Source: Okamejei kenojei (Eukaryota). From it: DNA of 64,000 nucleotides. Below are positions 1 to 14,215 of this stretch, one piece after another (position 1 is the stretch's first letter; every line of letters begins with the position of its first letter). The notes under the pieces are model-generated. The model worked only from the letters and a program-made list of their open reading frames with translations. It ran no database searches and had not been told where the DNA came from. The DNA lies in NCBI GenBank assembly GCA_035221665.1, contig CM069151.1:16244001-16308000 (forward strand), in the 5' to 3' direction. The position numbers were made by a program, and so were the translations under genes.

Positions 1-770
1 CATTCTGAAACAAATATGAAACAATCTTACTTGGATGACCTGAAATTAAAGCATATAATTAGTTAGTTACCTGATTGTAGCTAATTACAAAATTCAATTA
101 CTAGATCTAAACATCTATCCATTTCTTAAGAAAAGGTTAACATTTTTAAAAAGCCTAAGTGTCCAAATAACATTCACACAAGAATTCACAATGTAATATG
201 ATTTTTAAATCTCATTGTCATGAATTTATAGGCCAAATTGAAGGAATTTAGTGTTTAATTCCCCTAAATTAATGGCCATTTAAATCATCTTGCGAGTGGG
301 TTTTTGTGGAACACGATCGTTTGGAACATTGCGGTTTGCGGTGAATTTGCGGTTTCCTGCCAGTCAGCAGGAAAAATACTGCCGGTTCGTATATTTTCTA
401 AGTCACCTTTTCGCAACATGAAATTTTGATTAAAGGCATCCTAAGAAGCACGTTTTTATTTAAAACTAAACTGTGTACCTTGTTTTGTCCCCTACGTGAG
501 ATCGGTCCCGTTGTCGGCGTTCACGTCTTTAGAAGATGATTTTTAATTTACTCATGCTACTAAATGATCCAGCGTAGTTTAAAAATAACTCCATAAAACA
601 AATGTCGGAGTGATTTCTCTTCAGCAACTAAACCCCCTGAGATGAATCGATTTGAATAGTCTGGAGTAAACGGCATTTTAAACCCGCCCCCCTCACAAAG
701 GTGCCAAAGTCGCGCACACGGACAGTGGCAGAACTGCAGCGCCGCTAAAGTTAAGTTTTGTAACATACCT
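1..770. mobile_element. probable DNA transposon end (other end outside window)
   Basis: Non-coding block ending abruptly at ...ttttgtaacatacct, adjoining a PLE-type repeat end; unclassified. Confidence 0.35.
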
Positions 771-1064
771 ACCTTCGTTTTTCCAGCATCTGCAGTTCCT
801 TCTTAAATACCAGTATGTTTGGTAGGAAGGAACTGCAGATCAGCTTTACATCGAAGATAGGTTTCGAGTCGAGACCCTTCTTCAGACCCAAAACGCCACC
901 CGTTCCTTCTCTACTGAGATGCTGCCTGTCCCGCTAAGTTACTCTGGCATTTTGTGTCTATCAAGGAGTTTCAATGCAGCGTGGGTGAAGAAGGATTCCT
1001 TATCCCAGGAACTATTATCATAAATCTCTTCTGGACATTTTATATTGCGTTGACATCCTTCCTA

Positions 1065-2393
1065 TAGGGGGGGTTGCACATAAGGTAATCGGGTCAAAGG
1101 GTGTGATGCACGGAGTAGCTGCATCCTTCTGGAGGACATGGCAGCCTCCCGCATACACTAGCAACTCACGAAATGCGTATTTTCTTACCTGTTAAAAACT
1201 TCCGAAATGGTCAATTTTTGCGCTGCAATAATTGTGGAGGGTGACTGAGCACTCTGAACCAAATGCTCTAGTATCTGTGGCTCCGTGCGTCACCATGCAT
1301 TACCTTACTTGCACGTAAGGTCACCGGGTCAAAGGGTTTGACGCATGGAGCCGCTCAACCCATCTGGAGGACATCGCTGCTTCCGGTATATGTTGTTAAT
1401 ACACGAAACGCGTACTTTCCTACCTGTTAAAAAACACCAAAATTGTGAATTTTTACACTGTAAATAATTGTGGAAGTCGGGGTAAGCGTGAGAGACATCT
1501 ATCCTACTTCAGAATTCCAAACGTGAAGAGAAATGAAGGTAAAGAGAAGCAAGAACTGAAGGGACAATAACAGCTAAAGTGGTTGGCGAACATTGGCCAT
1601 GCAGATATCAAATTGGAAAATATTAGGAATTATCGCGTTTGCTCACTGCATTTCATCAACAGTAAGGTATTATGTATATTTTTTCTTTATTCATTTGGTA
1701 TCTAAAAAGTTTCAGAAGTGATAAATCTGGCTGTAAAATTTTAAAATCGCTCATGGTTCTGAAGTGGGTTTTTACATGCAAAAAGAAAACGCCTCTGAAG
1801 CTAAATTAATAATTAAAAAAATCTTCAGACTTACGAGTGGTGTGTGGAAAAGTAAGTTTTCTATCATTATGCTATTGAGATGTATATTGTGGCAAATACT
1901 AAAATTTTCTGACAGCTTAAACACCCACTCCCTTTCAATAGGATATTGTCAATTTGCTATGGTTGAATATGTCCAATTAACAGCTAACAATTATGCCATT
2001 CCTTGGCTTGCATCTGAGTAAAATGTAATTCAAAACCCACGTATGGTTTGCGATTTTTTTAATGATAAATTTTGCTTCAGAGGCACTTTCTTTTTGTATG
2101 TAAAAACCCACTTGAGAACCATGAGCAATTAAAAAAAATTACAGCCAGATTTATCACTTCTGAAACTTTTTTGATGCCAAAAGAATCAAGGAAAAACACA
2201 AATAATGCCTTACTGTTGATGAAATGCAGTGAGCAAACGTGATAATTCCCTATATTTTAAATCTCGATATCTGCACGTCCAATGTTCACTAAGCACTTTG
2301 GCTGTTGTTGTCCCTTCAGTTCTCACTTCTATCTACCATCATTTCTCCTCACTTTTGGAATTCTGATATAGGATAAATGTCTCTCACACTTAC
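1065..2393. mobile_element. foldback/MITE-like element with long inverted arms
   Basis: ~340-bp inverted repeat (1482-1823 vs 2052-2393) and a ~235-bp-period direct repeat (about 1075 vs 1310). Confidence 0.7.
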
Positions 2394-3489
2394 GTATCAG
2401 AAGACACATGATAAAAATAAACACACGGGTAGTGAGTAGTCTGAAGAAGGGTCGCGACCAGAAACATCGCCCATTCCTTCTATCCAGAGATGCTGTCTGA
2501 CCTGCTGAGTTACTCCAGCTTTTTGTGTCTAACTTGATTGGGGATTGGTATTGATTGGGGATGGTCAGCCATGATCACATTGAATGGTGGTGCTGGCTCG
2601 AAGGGCCGAATGGCCTACTCCTGCACCTATTGTCTATTGAGTAGTGAGGGTCTGAAAAGGTGGTAGACGAAGAAACCCTCAGATCCAAAACTGATTTCTC
2701 CTCTACCCAGGCTCATTGTTCCAGTGTACTAATAACTGAGATTATCATTGTTTTGAGATCATGCAAAGGGCAGAACAACACCAGAAAATACAAATATATT
2801 ATCTGAATATTAACTGGGAAAACATTCAGTTTAAATCTTTGTCCGTTCTGCCAATAAAAAATAACTCCTTGTTCATGCTGTCAAAATAATTTTAATTTCT
2901 ACATTAAATGTATTTGCTTGAAGAACAATCTCAGTTTTCCATTCATTTTACATAACTGAAGTATGTATCCCTGTCCCTTACTACCTAATCCAATCTATCC
3001 ATTATATAACTCTTTGCACACATTTACTTTGCGTGTCACTCATTCTTTTTCTCTAATACCCTATCTCGCATCCCTATAAATCTCTACTACATATCTATAT
3101 CTTTATGCAATACCATGCATAATCCTACAGTTATCATTCCTAAATATACTGCAGCGGCAGAGGACCATGCCCCAACACAGTCAATCAGATGAGTGTTCCT
3201 TTGTTGCGATAGAAGAGAGCAAATAAAGAGAACTCAAGGTGGCCCTCCAGGCATTGATGGGGAAACAGACATTAAACATCAATCATCCATTCAAATGAGC
3301 CAAAAAGACATAAATTACAGATACTAGGAGTTCAAAATAAACCAAAACATTATTAACTCAGTTTCACTCTCCATAGAAACTGTCTGACGTACTGAGAATC
3401 TTCAACATGTTCAGCTTTTTCAGATTAGTTCATGCATGCCTAGACCACATAAATTCAGACTTTGTATGACAATATTATGTGACAATGTT

Positions 3490-3800
3490 GTAGTCCGCAG
3501 GCTGCCTCACCATGAGTCTGTCTCGTCTCTTCTTTGTTGTTTTTTTAGTATGTGTTAAATGTATGTTTTAGTATTCTTTAGCTTGTCTTATGTGGTGGTG
3601 GTTTGGGGGAAACTTTTTTTAATGTCTTACCTCAACGGAGATGCGATTTTTTTCTGTATCGTATCTCCATCCGCACAGCGGCTGGCGGCCTCTGCTGGAG
3701 TCCAACTTCGGGAGCTCCAACTGCGGGAGCCTGCAGGACTTAACATCGTGGAGCTCGCGGCCCCTGGTTAGAGACCGACATCGGCAGCTCCAGGCCACAG
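3490..3800 (+). mobile_element. fragment of the non-autonomous retroelement family also at 32790 and 38912
   Basis: Shared motif ggc(t/a)gcct...agtctgtct...ttttttagt...gtatgtttt. Confidence 0.5.
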
Positions 3801-3807
3801 GAGGTTA

Positions 3808-5233
3808 ATGCTGAACATGTTGAGCAGGATTAATGTACGTAAGGCTGCCGGCCCTGACGGCATCCCCTGGCGCGTCCTCAAGGCCTGTGCTGCGCTGCTG
3901 ACAGACGTCTGGACTGACATCTTCAACCTGTCACTTGCCCAAGCAGCTGTCCCCACGTGCCTTAAAACCACCTCCATCGTGCCAGTGCCAAAACATTCCA
4001 CTGCGGCGAGCTTCAACGACTTCCGTCCAGTTGCACTTACTCCCATCATCACTAAGTGCTTCGAGAGGCTGGTCCTGGCACACCTCAAAGGCTGCCGACC
4101 TCCCACACTGGACCCCTATCAGTTTGCCTACCGCAAGAACAGGAGTATGGAGGATGCCATCTCCATGGCACTTCACTCCGCCCTCTCCCACCTCGACAAC
4201 AGAGACACCTACGTGAGAATGCTGTTCATCGAATTTAGCTCAGCATTTAACACCATTATCCCCTCCAAACTGATCACCAAACTCATCGACCTGGGCATCT
4301 ACCCCTCCATCTGCAACTGGATACTGGATTTTCTAACCAACAGACCCCAGTCTGTTAGGTTAGACAACCACACCTCTTCAACCCTCACACTGAACACTGG
4401 CATTCCACAGGGCTGTGTGCTGAGCCCTCTCCTCTACTCCCTCTTCACCTACGACTGCACACCTGTACATGGTACTAACACCATCATCAAGTATGCAGAT
4501 GATGCAACGGTGATTGGTCTCATTAGCGACAACGATGAGTCGGCCTATAGGGAGGAGGTCCAGCTCATAGCAGCATGGTGCGCTGACAACAACCTGGCCC
4601 TTAACACCAAGAAGACCAAGGAGCTCATTGTGGACTACAGAAGGTCTAGGGGTGGCACATACACCCCCATCCATATTAACGGGACGGAGGTGGAGCGTGT
4701 TTCCAGCTTCAGGTTTCTGGGGGTCAACATCTCTGATGAACTCTCTTGGACCCACAATACCTCAACACTGATCAAGAAGGTTCACCAGCGTCTCTTCTTC
4801 CTGAGGATACTAAAGAAGGTCCATCTGTCTCCTCAGATTCTAGTGAATTTCTACCACTGTGCAATCGAGAGCATCCTTACTAACTGTATCACAATATGGT
4901 ATGGCAACTACTCTGTCTCCGACCGGAAAGCACTGCAGAGGGTGGTGAAAACTGCCCAACGCATCACCGGTTCCTCACTCCCCTCCATTGAGTCTGTCCA
5001 GAGCAAGCGATGTCTGCGAAGGGTGCGCAGTATCATCAAGGACTGCTCTCACCCCAACCACAAACTGTTTACCCTCCTCCCATCTGGGAGGCGCTACAGG
5101 TCTCTCCGTTGCTGGACCAGCAGGTTCAGGAACAGCTTCTTCCCTGCGGCTGTTACCCTACTTAAATCTGCACCTTGGTGATTGCCAGTCCCCCCCCCCC
5201 CACAATGACAATAAAGTTTGAATCTGAATCTGA
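3808..5233 (+). mobile_element. 5'-truncated Rex1/Babar-type LINE, RT ORF 3808..5181
   Basis: 457-aa open frame: [40 protein letters not shown]; 3' tail aataaa-(tgaatc)n. Confidence 0.9.
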
Positions 5234-5235
5234 AG

Positions 5236-5690
5236 TACCAGGGGAGGGGGTGGTTTGGGTGGGAAGGGATGAATTGACCAGGGAGTTACGGAGGGAGCGG
5301 TCTCAGCGGAAAGCCAAAGGGGAGGAGATAGGAAGATGTGACCAATGGTGGGGTCCCGTTGGAGGGGTCGAAAATGTCAGAGGATTATATGTGACTGCTG
5401 GTAAGGTGGAAGGTGAAGACAAGGGGACTCTGTCCTTGTTACGTGTGGGGGGGATGGAGGGTGAGAGTGAAACTGTGGGAGATAGAGGAGACCCTGGTGA
5501 GAGCCTCATCTATAGTCGAAGAGGGGAACCCCAGTTCCCTAAAGAATGAGGACATCTCCAATGCCTTGGTTTGGAATACCTCATCCTGGATGCAGATGCG
5601 ACGTAGACGGAGGAATTGGGAGTAGGGGATAGAGTCCTTACAGGAAGCAGGGTGGGAAGGAGATAGCCATGGGAGTCAGTGGGTTTGTAG
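5236..5690 (-). mobile_element. Penelope-like retroelement fragment
   Basis: Frameshifted PPTRNKDRVPL motif typical of the PLE RT-endonuclease linker (ORF 5303..5509). Confidence 0.6.
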
Positions 5691-6561
5691 TACCTTTGAA
5701 TATTTCTGATAGGTAGGGCATTAGGTTTATTGGATGCACAATAATGATGACATTAAATGTCATTCTGAAATACAGAAGTGTTGGAGAAATGTATCTGAGC
5801 CATGCAGTGTGAGCCTCTGGTCGGGAAATTCCAGCAGGACTCTAAGTTAGGACAAAATCTCAACAGGTAACAGCAACAATGGTAGGAACAAGGAAAGTTG
5901 CTTCAAAATGTTAAGTACATTTATGAGTTGAATATTAAAGACAAAGCAGCTATGTCCAGTGGAGCAGCCTAGTATAAAGTTGTTTTGTCAATGTTCAGTG
6001 GAGTCCCTTAACCTGAGATCAAAGTTGAGAAATGATTCAATATCAGCCAAGGAAACCATAGAACAGGCAAAAAGGAATTGGGGGAAAAAAACTTTTATTG
6101 TAAACCAGCATCTGCAGTTTTCTACAAAAGGGAATGGGAATTGGCCGTTCAAGTTGCAAGTAGTTGACTTTTAATTAGGGCTAAAATATATGTACATTTA
6201 TTGTATCCATGAAAATTGGCAATGCTCAGAGGAATCCCAATTAGGAAAACTCGTTTCTTTCAATTTATTTATGATATAAATGGACATTGATGCCCAATAT
6301 ATGACAATAATGTCATATACCCAATGGGTTGGTCCACCCAAAAGCTGCATTAAGCAGGAAAACTGGCACTGAACTTGGGAACATAAGGCAGGGGAATTAA
6401 ACTGTAAAAGTAGTCCATTGTAATTCCTCATATGTTGCAAAACATACTTGGCTAATACAGTATTATTGTAATTGTGATTGATTGTGATTGTTATGTATTC
6501 AATTTTAAAATGAAACACGTAGCATTTTGCTTTAAAGCTGATTCATTTTTGGTGAAGATGC

Positions 6562-6581
6562 TTTATTGATTTTAATTTATT
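6562..6581 (-). terminator. candidate polyadenylation signals
   Basis: Two AATAAA on the minus strand (6562-6567, 6576-6581), about 210-230 nt after the stop codon. Confidence 0.55.
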
Positions 6582-6791
6582 CACTAGCAGATCAAAAGTT
6601 CCAACACGTACAAGGTGTAATCTTGAATCCACATTCCAAATTTCATAACTTGAGATAGATACTCAACATTTTCCTAATTTTACCTTGTAACATTTGCAAA
6701 CGAAACATTGATTTTTATAATTTCCTTTAAAATTTTAATTACATTAAAAAATTCTGTTAAATTGACCAGATTATGCATTGGTACACTCGTC

Positions 6792-6954
6792 TCATTTGCC
6801 TTCACAACGTTTGCACATGCATGTCTTTGCGGATGTGTACTTGTACTTTTTAGTCTTTCGATTCTTGCAATTCAGTGTTGCTTCCTTTACTTCTTTTTCG
6901 TTTTCCTGACAGCAGTCGCAGTTCTTCACCATGTGATTTACTTTGGAATCAAAT
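6792..6954 (-). CDS. mucin last exon, cystine knot part 2
   Basis: 163 nt; FDSKVNHMVKNCDCCQE...LNC...TCMCKRCEGK*. Confidence 0.93.
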
Positions 6955-8157
6955 CTAAAAAATAGCCAGAGAACAGCAGCAGGCTTAAACAAGTCGTAAT
7001 CAAATTGGCATCATGGTTGAACACATCTCATATATAAGAACAAACTCATAACACACACAACACAAGAAAATCGGAGGAGTCAACCATCTGCACTTCAAGC
7101 CTGACCTGACATTGAATATGATCATAGTTGATCTCAATTCCCATGTCAGTTCTCCAGGGCACCCAATTCCTCATCTTTCAAAAACAATTATAAACCTACT
7201 CTTCAAACACTGCCAAAGATTTTGTCTGATTCCTTTAACCAAAGTGCATGACCTCTTTGCCACATTAAGCTCAATTTGGCAAGTTTTTACCCACTCACTC
7301 AACCTATCTATATCCTGTTGCAAATATTCTTATTGTAACATGCCCTCAAACCTATTTTATTGTTAGAGGTAAACTTAAAAATAAATTATACTCTGGCCTC
7401 CCCTCCAGATCATTCATATTGGGAACAAATGACTGGGAGCTAAGATCAGATCTTTGAGGAACTCCAAAAAAAGTCACAAAGTGCTAGACTAACTCAGCAG
7501 ATCAGGCAGCAACTCCAGAGAACATGGATTGGTGGCATTTTGACGGGACCCTTCTATGCCTTTGATCTCCATATGCTTTATCTTTACAGCATGAAAAATA
7601 CCTATTTATTCCAACTCTTTGTATTCCATGTGCTAACCAGTCTATGCCACGTAATATAAAATACTGATCATGCACAACAAAAGGAGTTAGAAGCTCAAAC
7701 TGCTTAAAGCTGTAGAAGTTAATGTATTCATTAACTTCTACAGCATTGTATTTTTGCTGGATGATTAGCCTCTCTTGCCAACACTTTAAGTCATATATGT
7801 TCTATGAGGTCAAGGAAAGAGTGTTCACTTCGCGCCCCTGTTTCCACTAATCTTTCCACCACGCACAAGAAGCAGGAGAAGCGCAAGACAGACACCATTG
7901 CACTCTGGCTGAACAACTTCTAATCTTGTGTGAGGCCTCGAAAAGAAGAAGATAAATGTTCTATCAGCCAGTATTCATTCCACTCTGTTTCTTTGTTTTT
8001 CCTTCCCCATTTTTTAAAATCTAAATGTGCTTTTATCTCTTAGTAGTGTACAAACCAAAATCGTTGATTCTCTGACCTGCCAGAAATTCTCTTTTAATTT
8101 GGGTTGATTTATAATTTGATTTTAAACACTACAAATATATTAAATCACTTCACTTAC

Positions 8158-8263
8158 ATGGAAAATGACTTGCAATATCCTTCACATGAATTCACTTCAA
8201 CGAATGCTGAACAACCACCCCGGGTTAATTCCATCACCACGGGTTGAACTTTGCATCGTTGGA
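8158..8263 (-). CDS. mucin exon, cystine knot part 1
   Basis: 106 nt; LQRCKVQPVVMELTRGGCSAFVEVNSCEGYCKSFS (CxGxC). Confidence 0.92.
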
Positions 8264-8459
8264 CTGTGGGAAAATAAAACGTGTAAATTGGTATAAATCA
8301 ATCAGTATTTAAAATGACTTTAAATCCATTATAAATATAAATATGTCTTGAAATTTAAATTTAACCAATTAAGGTGCACCTTCCACCTGGCTCTGTATAG
8401 ATTGCAACCTTGGGATATATTACAATTAATTTCCTCATTCAAATAATTAATATGACATT

Positions 8460-8725
8460 AGCAGGTGGCACAGTTGTAGAGCTGCTGCCTTACAGTGCCA
8501 AATACCTGGGTTCAATCCTGACTATGGATGATGTTTGTACAGAGTTTGTACGTTCTCCCTGTGACAGCGTAGGTTTTTTCCGGGTGTTCCGGTTACCTCA
8601 TACATTCCAGGTTTGTAGGTAAATTGGCTTCTGTAAATTGTCACCAGTATACGGGTGATCGTTGGTCGCTGCAAACTCGGTGGGCAAAGGCCTGTTTTCA
8701 TATTGTATCACTAAAACTAAAAATT
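8460..8725 (+). mobile_element. tRNA-derived V-SINE-like element
   Basis: A box ggtggcacagttg, B box gggttcaatcc, core gagtttgtacgttctccctgtgac, (ctaaaa)n tail. Confidence 0.75.
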
Positions 8726-9427
8726 AAAGCTAACAGTATATTATGAAATATAATATTTCATATGAAAGGCTGGATTTTCAGAACTGAGTATATAGCACTC
8801 TGTTAGGAACTGCATCTTTGAATGACAGAGATGGACAAAAACTATTCAAATCAATTACTGACTTTGACAAAGTCAAAGTTCCACCCTAGCTGTTTTGTTG
8901 CGAGAGCCTGTCAGTGGTGTTCCACAGATAGGGCTGCTGAAGCCTATTGGCCGTTAACACCAACATGTGGATGGCCAGCAAGATTAGCACTCTGATGCAA
9001 TTAAATTGAGTGTGAATAGCGAGAACCAAAGGTGGCTCTGAGCAATCAGCTGCATTCAGTAACATCTATCTCAAAGCTTTTGGAGCACAGCCACTTCGAC
9101 TAAACCTTCATTAATTGATTTTGTTACAGCCATGAAGGCCTAAACTGCTCACAATTTGAAAATTATGTGAAAAACTGTCAGGAATATGATTTGCTTCAAT
9201 AGCCATTAAAATAGAGAGATATAATATAATACCTCGAAACTCAGCACAAGCCTGTAAGGGTGAACTAAGTACTTGAGCAATGTAGTCACTATCGTATAAT
9301 GGAAATGGTGATTGTTGTTTCAAATGTTCTCATCTTTAAATAACATGTGTATAATTTATCATTTCTATACATACCACACAGAAGAATATATATTACAGAA
9401 TACATTACTTTGACTAAAACTACTTAC

Positions 9428-9479
9428 GTGACTCTGGACAATCATAGCAGCAGTGATATTCATCCCATTTTCTGGAAGC
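9428..9479 (-). CDS. mucin exon, VWC end
   Basis: 52 nt; ASRKWDEYHCCYDCPES. Confidence 0.9.
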
Positions 9480-10124
9480 CTAAATTAATAGAAAATATTA
9501 ATCACTGTTGTATACATACTATTTAAATTTAAATTGTTATGTGTTATGCAATTTGCACTGCAAATATAAATGTATATATTGGTGAAAATTAAATTATAAT
9601 TAAATTATGTCGGAATAAAATGTGATTTATTATATCTTTTTGAAACATGATTATTTTGTAAGGATATAATCTAAATAATTGCTCCAGTTATCTACAACAA
9701 GGATTTGAGGATGTAGGTGATTGCGATTACAACTACTTACTCAGTTTTAGTTTATTTACATTTGTAAATTTTTTATATTGTCATTTTTATATACTCTATT
9801 GTTTCTCGTGGGTATTTTGACCCAATCTGCAAATAAATGCAATACTATGTAGTGGTATATTTATCTGCTGTGTTTATAGTAAATCTATAACAATGTTTAT
9901 TGTGGTAAGCCTTGCATTGTCATCCCATATTTCCAGATTGATTTGATGATATCCATTTCCATGAACTGTTTTGGTCTGGAGGGAGAGGAAGCTCTTGATC
10001 AGTCAGAATGAATTAGACTTGTAGGATGCACTGGTGAATCAAACATAGCACACCTAACATAGATTATTGTTCTCCTTATTTTGTTCCAATGAACTGTTTT
10101 TTAACCGTACAACAGACTCCATTG

Positions 10125-10440
10125 GGTAGCACACTGACGCAGCTTGCAGTTACTGCCTCACAGCGCCAGAGACATAGGTTCAATCCTGATCTCGGGTGCT
10201 GTCTGTGTGGAGTTTACACATTCTCCATCTGACCTTGTGGGTTTCCTCTGTATGCTCTGGTTTCCTGCCACATCCCGAAGACGTGTGAATTTGTAGGTTA
10301 ATTGGCGTCCGTAAATTGTCCTTAGTTTGTACGGAACGGATGTAAAAGTGGGATAACATTGAACTCGTGTTAAGAAATGATCGATGGTGGGCCAAAGGAC
10401 AGGTTTCTATGCTGCACCTTTCAATTTAATCAAAACTAAA
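10125..10440 (+). mobile_element. tRNA-derived V-SINE-like element
   Basis: Same family as 8460: ggttcaatcctg, gagtttacacattctcc, aactaaa tail. Confidence 0.72.
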
Positions 10441-11167
10441 TTATTGCAGTTTGGAGTTTCTTACCCTGACATCACTGACATGATTGCTGCTTTAGTGTCA
10501 ATTTGTAATTTGTTCCCAACATACGAGAAACTAATGAGATTAGCACCTGCTTTTTTTTTTAATGAATAACCTTTGTAACAAACAAAAGCCACCCTTCATC
10601 TCAGTTATCGGAGCTAAATTAAAATCTTGGTTACTCAGACGCTGGTAGAATAATACCTTCTGCAGCAGCTGTATCTTGAAAGGATGCTCTGTTAATCCTT
10701 TGAGCCACAAAATACTCACAATGTTAAGAGATTATATTTTTAAGTTTCTATTGATGTAGAATCTTTCCCATTCATTTAAATTTGTTTCTCATTTTGCTGT
10801 ACTTTTAGGTTTGCCATCCATTGGTCAATTATTTGCAAAAACCAGAATTATAGCAAAACTGATAAATACATCAATGACAAAAACAAAGCTGTGGAAACAC
10901 TCAGCAGGTCAGGCAGCATTCAATGGAGAGATCAATAGTTAATCTTTCAGATTGAAGACTTTGTCAGAATCCTTTGTCTTACAAAGGGTCTTTGAACTGA
11001 AATGTTACTTCTATTTCCCTTTCCACAGATGCTGCCTGACTTGCTGAGTGTTTCAAGCAATATCTGATTTTGTTAAGATATCTTCAGTTTTTAAAAAAAC
11101 AATTTAAACACACCAGTGTTATGAACATGTGGAATTTAGTACAAATCAAATAGTGTTTTGTACAAAC

Positions 11168-11278
11168 CTCATCACAGCTTGGGCGAGATGAACATGTTAT
11201 TTTGTTCATTACTACCACACCTTGTGTACAGCTGAAGTGAATACACGTATTATTGGGATGGGACCAATGTTCACCTTC
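11168..11278 (-). CDS. mucin exon, VWC
   Basis: 111 nt; EGEHWSHPNNTCIHFSCTQGVVVMNKITCSSRPSCDE. Confidence 0.9.
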
Positions 11279-12229
11279 CTGTAAGAAGAACAAAAAATTC
11301 ACCAAACATTTATAAAATCCCATAGTGTTAGAAATTCCTCTCAAGATGATCCAGTTGCTTATGGCAGTAAGTAGTTGTAATCCAGAAGGATCAATTTTGA
11401 GATAGCTAACATCAAAGGAAGCAGCATTGGATCATTACAATTGGTATTTATTTGGGAAAAGAAGAATCATGCTTCAGACACAAAGTACTCGAGTAACTGA
11501 GCGTCAGAAATAATGGCATGCTTTACTGCTTCAGTGTATTGAAGAAACAAAAATATAATCTGGATTTTGTTTTTCCCTCTCTTGAAACTATCTATTGGAG
11601 GGAAATGCCTAATGTAATGTGATCAAGCTGTCTGAGAAGGGCATGCACAGTTCTGACATAGGATTTTCAACCTGAAATGTTAACTTTTTTTCACTTTCAC
11701 CCGCTAAGTGTTTCCAGCATTTCTTGTTTTATTTCAGATATCCAGCCGCTGCGGTTTATATTGGTTTTCATCCATAATGAATACCTCATTTGACCTCAAA
11801 AGATCAAACTCACTACTTTCATACTCGTTGGAGATTCAGCACAAGAGCGTCACAGGCAATTCACGCACTGAACATTATTGTAGTCAAGTCAGCACCTGTT
11901 TTCCATGCATTTATTACCAGTATGTGGACTCACAAAATAAACTTGCTGAATAATATTGGTAATACAAATTCTGACTGATTTATGTTTTCCTTTCTAGAAC
12001 TATTATAGGCTTAATCAGGAATCTAACCATGATCTTTATTGTTACTTTCAAATGTGATTACACAATGTCAAAAGCAATTGGTACATTGACACTGAAGTGG
12101 CCGGGCCTTTTTTGACCAGCAACCACAGTTCTATTAGTTTTAAAATAATTATGGATAAGAATAGGGCTGGTCCGTAATATAAGGTACTACATTGGGGCAA
12201 GGCCAACTTAGATGTTATTAAAGGAGCTT

Positions 12230-14215
12230 GAAAAAGTTGATTAGAGTAGGCTGTTTTGCAGGCAAAGGGATGTTCAGAAAAGTGGATACTTTTAAAAGAA
12301 TGAGAGTGAGAATTCAAAGTAAAGATGTTCCCATGAGAGTAAAGAGAAAGACAGGTATAAGTAAGGAAACCTGGATGACAAGATAAATTGAAGCTATGAA
12401 CAGGAAAAAGGAGGCGAGGCATGGGTCAGGTAGTGGGAACGGGGTTCAACTCAATCCCTGAAGAAGTATAGGAGATTGAGGAATATAAGAAAGAAATCAG
12501 AAAGGCAAAAAGGAGGCATGAGATAGCTATGGCAGATTAGATTTAGGAGAATTCAATGAGATTTTTAAGTATATTAGGGGGAAAAAGATAAATAGAAACA
12601 GAAGAGGGTCTCTCAGAAACCCAAGCAGTCAGTTATGCGCAGAACTGCAGGAGATGATCAAGGCCCTCAATTAATGTTTCTCCTCAGTTTTTACCATGGA
12701 GAAAGACAAGAAGACTTGGGAAAGTTAATGGAGATTTGTTGAGGACAGTCCATATTACAGCCACGGAAATACTGGAAGTCCTATGACATATTAAGGTAGA
12801 TAAATCTCCCGAACCTGATCAGATATATCCAAGAACACTATGGGAAGCTAGAGAAGAAATTGCAGGAGACCTGGGCGAGATATATGAATCACCAAACGAC
12901 ACAGATGATGTATCGGAAGACTGGAAGGTGGCGAATGTAGAGTCTCTATTTAAGATGGGATGCGATGTAAAACCTATGAGGTAAAGACTAGTATGTTAAA
13001 TCCTGTGTAGAAAGTAACTAGAGAGGATTCTGAAAGATAATATACAAGAATGACATGCTTTTGGAAGAACAGGGATTGATTACGGATAGTATGCATGGTT
13101 TTTGTTTATGTAAAATCATATCTCAAGAATGTTATTGAGTTTCTTGACTAAGCAACCGAGAAGGTTGAGAAGGGCAGGGGTGTTTACATTACCTATATAC
13201 ACTTCAGCTAGGTCTTTTATACGGTTCCAAATGGTAGCTGCTCTAGATAGCTAGATCGCATGGGATTCAGAGAGAATTTGCTAGCTGGATATAGAACTAG
13301 TTTCATGGAAGGAAGTTGAAGATCGGGGAGGAAGATTGTATTTTACACGAAAGGCCTATGACTTGTGGTGTGTGTCAGGGATCGGTGCTGGACTCCTGCT
13401 ATTTGTCATCCATGTCGACAATTTGGATCAATATATATGGCATGATGGTAAGTTTGTAAATTACACCAAAATAGGCAGTATTGTAGACCGTGAAGATGGT
13501 TATCAAATATCACAGTGGGGTTTTGATCAGCTGTGCCAAGAAATGGTGAATGAAGTGGAATTCGTGTAAGTGTTAGCTGTTGCACTTTGGGAAGTCAAAT
13601 ATGGGCAGGGTCTTCACAGTGAACGATAGAGCAGTGAGATACTCCAGTATTCATATTTCCCTGAAAGTGGCATTGCAGGTGGATAGGTTAAGAATGCTTT
13701 TGACAAGCTGTCCTTTATCACTCAGGGAATTGAGTAAACAAGCTTTTACTGTTGTACAAGACGTTGGTGAGGCCACACTTAGAGTATTGTGTTTAGTTTT
13801 GGTCACCCCGCTATAGTAAAGATGCTATTATGCTGACAAGTGTGCGGACAAGATTTATGAAGATGTCACCAGGACTTGATAACCCAGCTATAGGGAGAGT
13901 TTGGGCAAGCTTGGGCTTAATCCCTTGGAGTGTAGTTGGCTGAGGGGTGGGCTTATAGTGGTGTATAAAACCATGAGTGGAGTAGATAGGGTGAATTCAG
14001 AATCTTTTTCTCAGGGTTGGGGAATCACAAACTAGAGGACATGCTTAAAGTGAGAGGGCAGAGATTTAAAAGGAACCCGAGGGTACATTTATTTAATAAG
14101 GATGGTGAGTATATGGGAACAAGTTGTCAGAGGAAGAACTTGGAAAAGTTTAGAAGGATATGGGCCAAACATAGACATGTTGGGCTGAAGAGCTTATTTC
14201 CTTGCTGTACAACTA
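12230..14215 (+). mobile_element. degenerate CR1 LINE (ORF2 remnants)
   Basis: Broken CR1 motifs: DKSPEPDQIYPRTL, EDWKVANV, LHFG, RPHLEYCV. Confidence 0.8.

Noticed and set aside
8460-10440. tRNA-like A/B boxes
   Set aside because: They are heads of SINEs followed by SINE core and tail; no cloverleaf can be formed.
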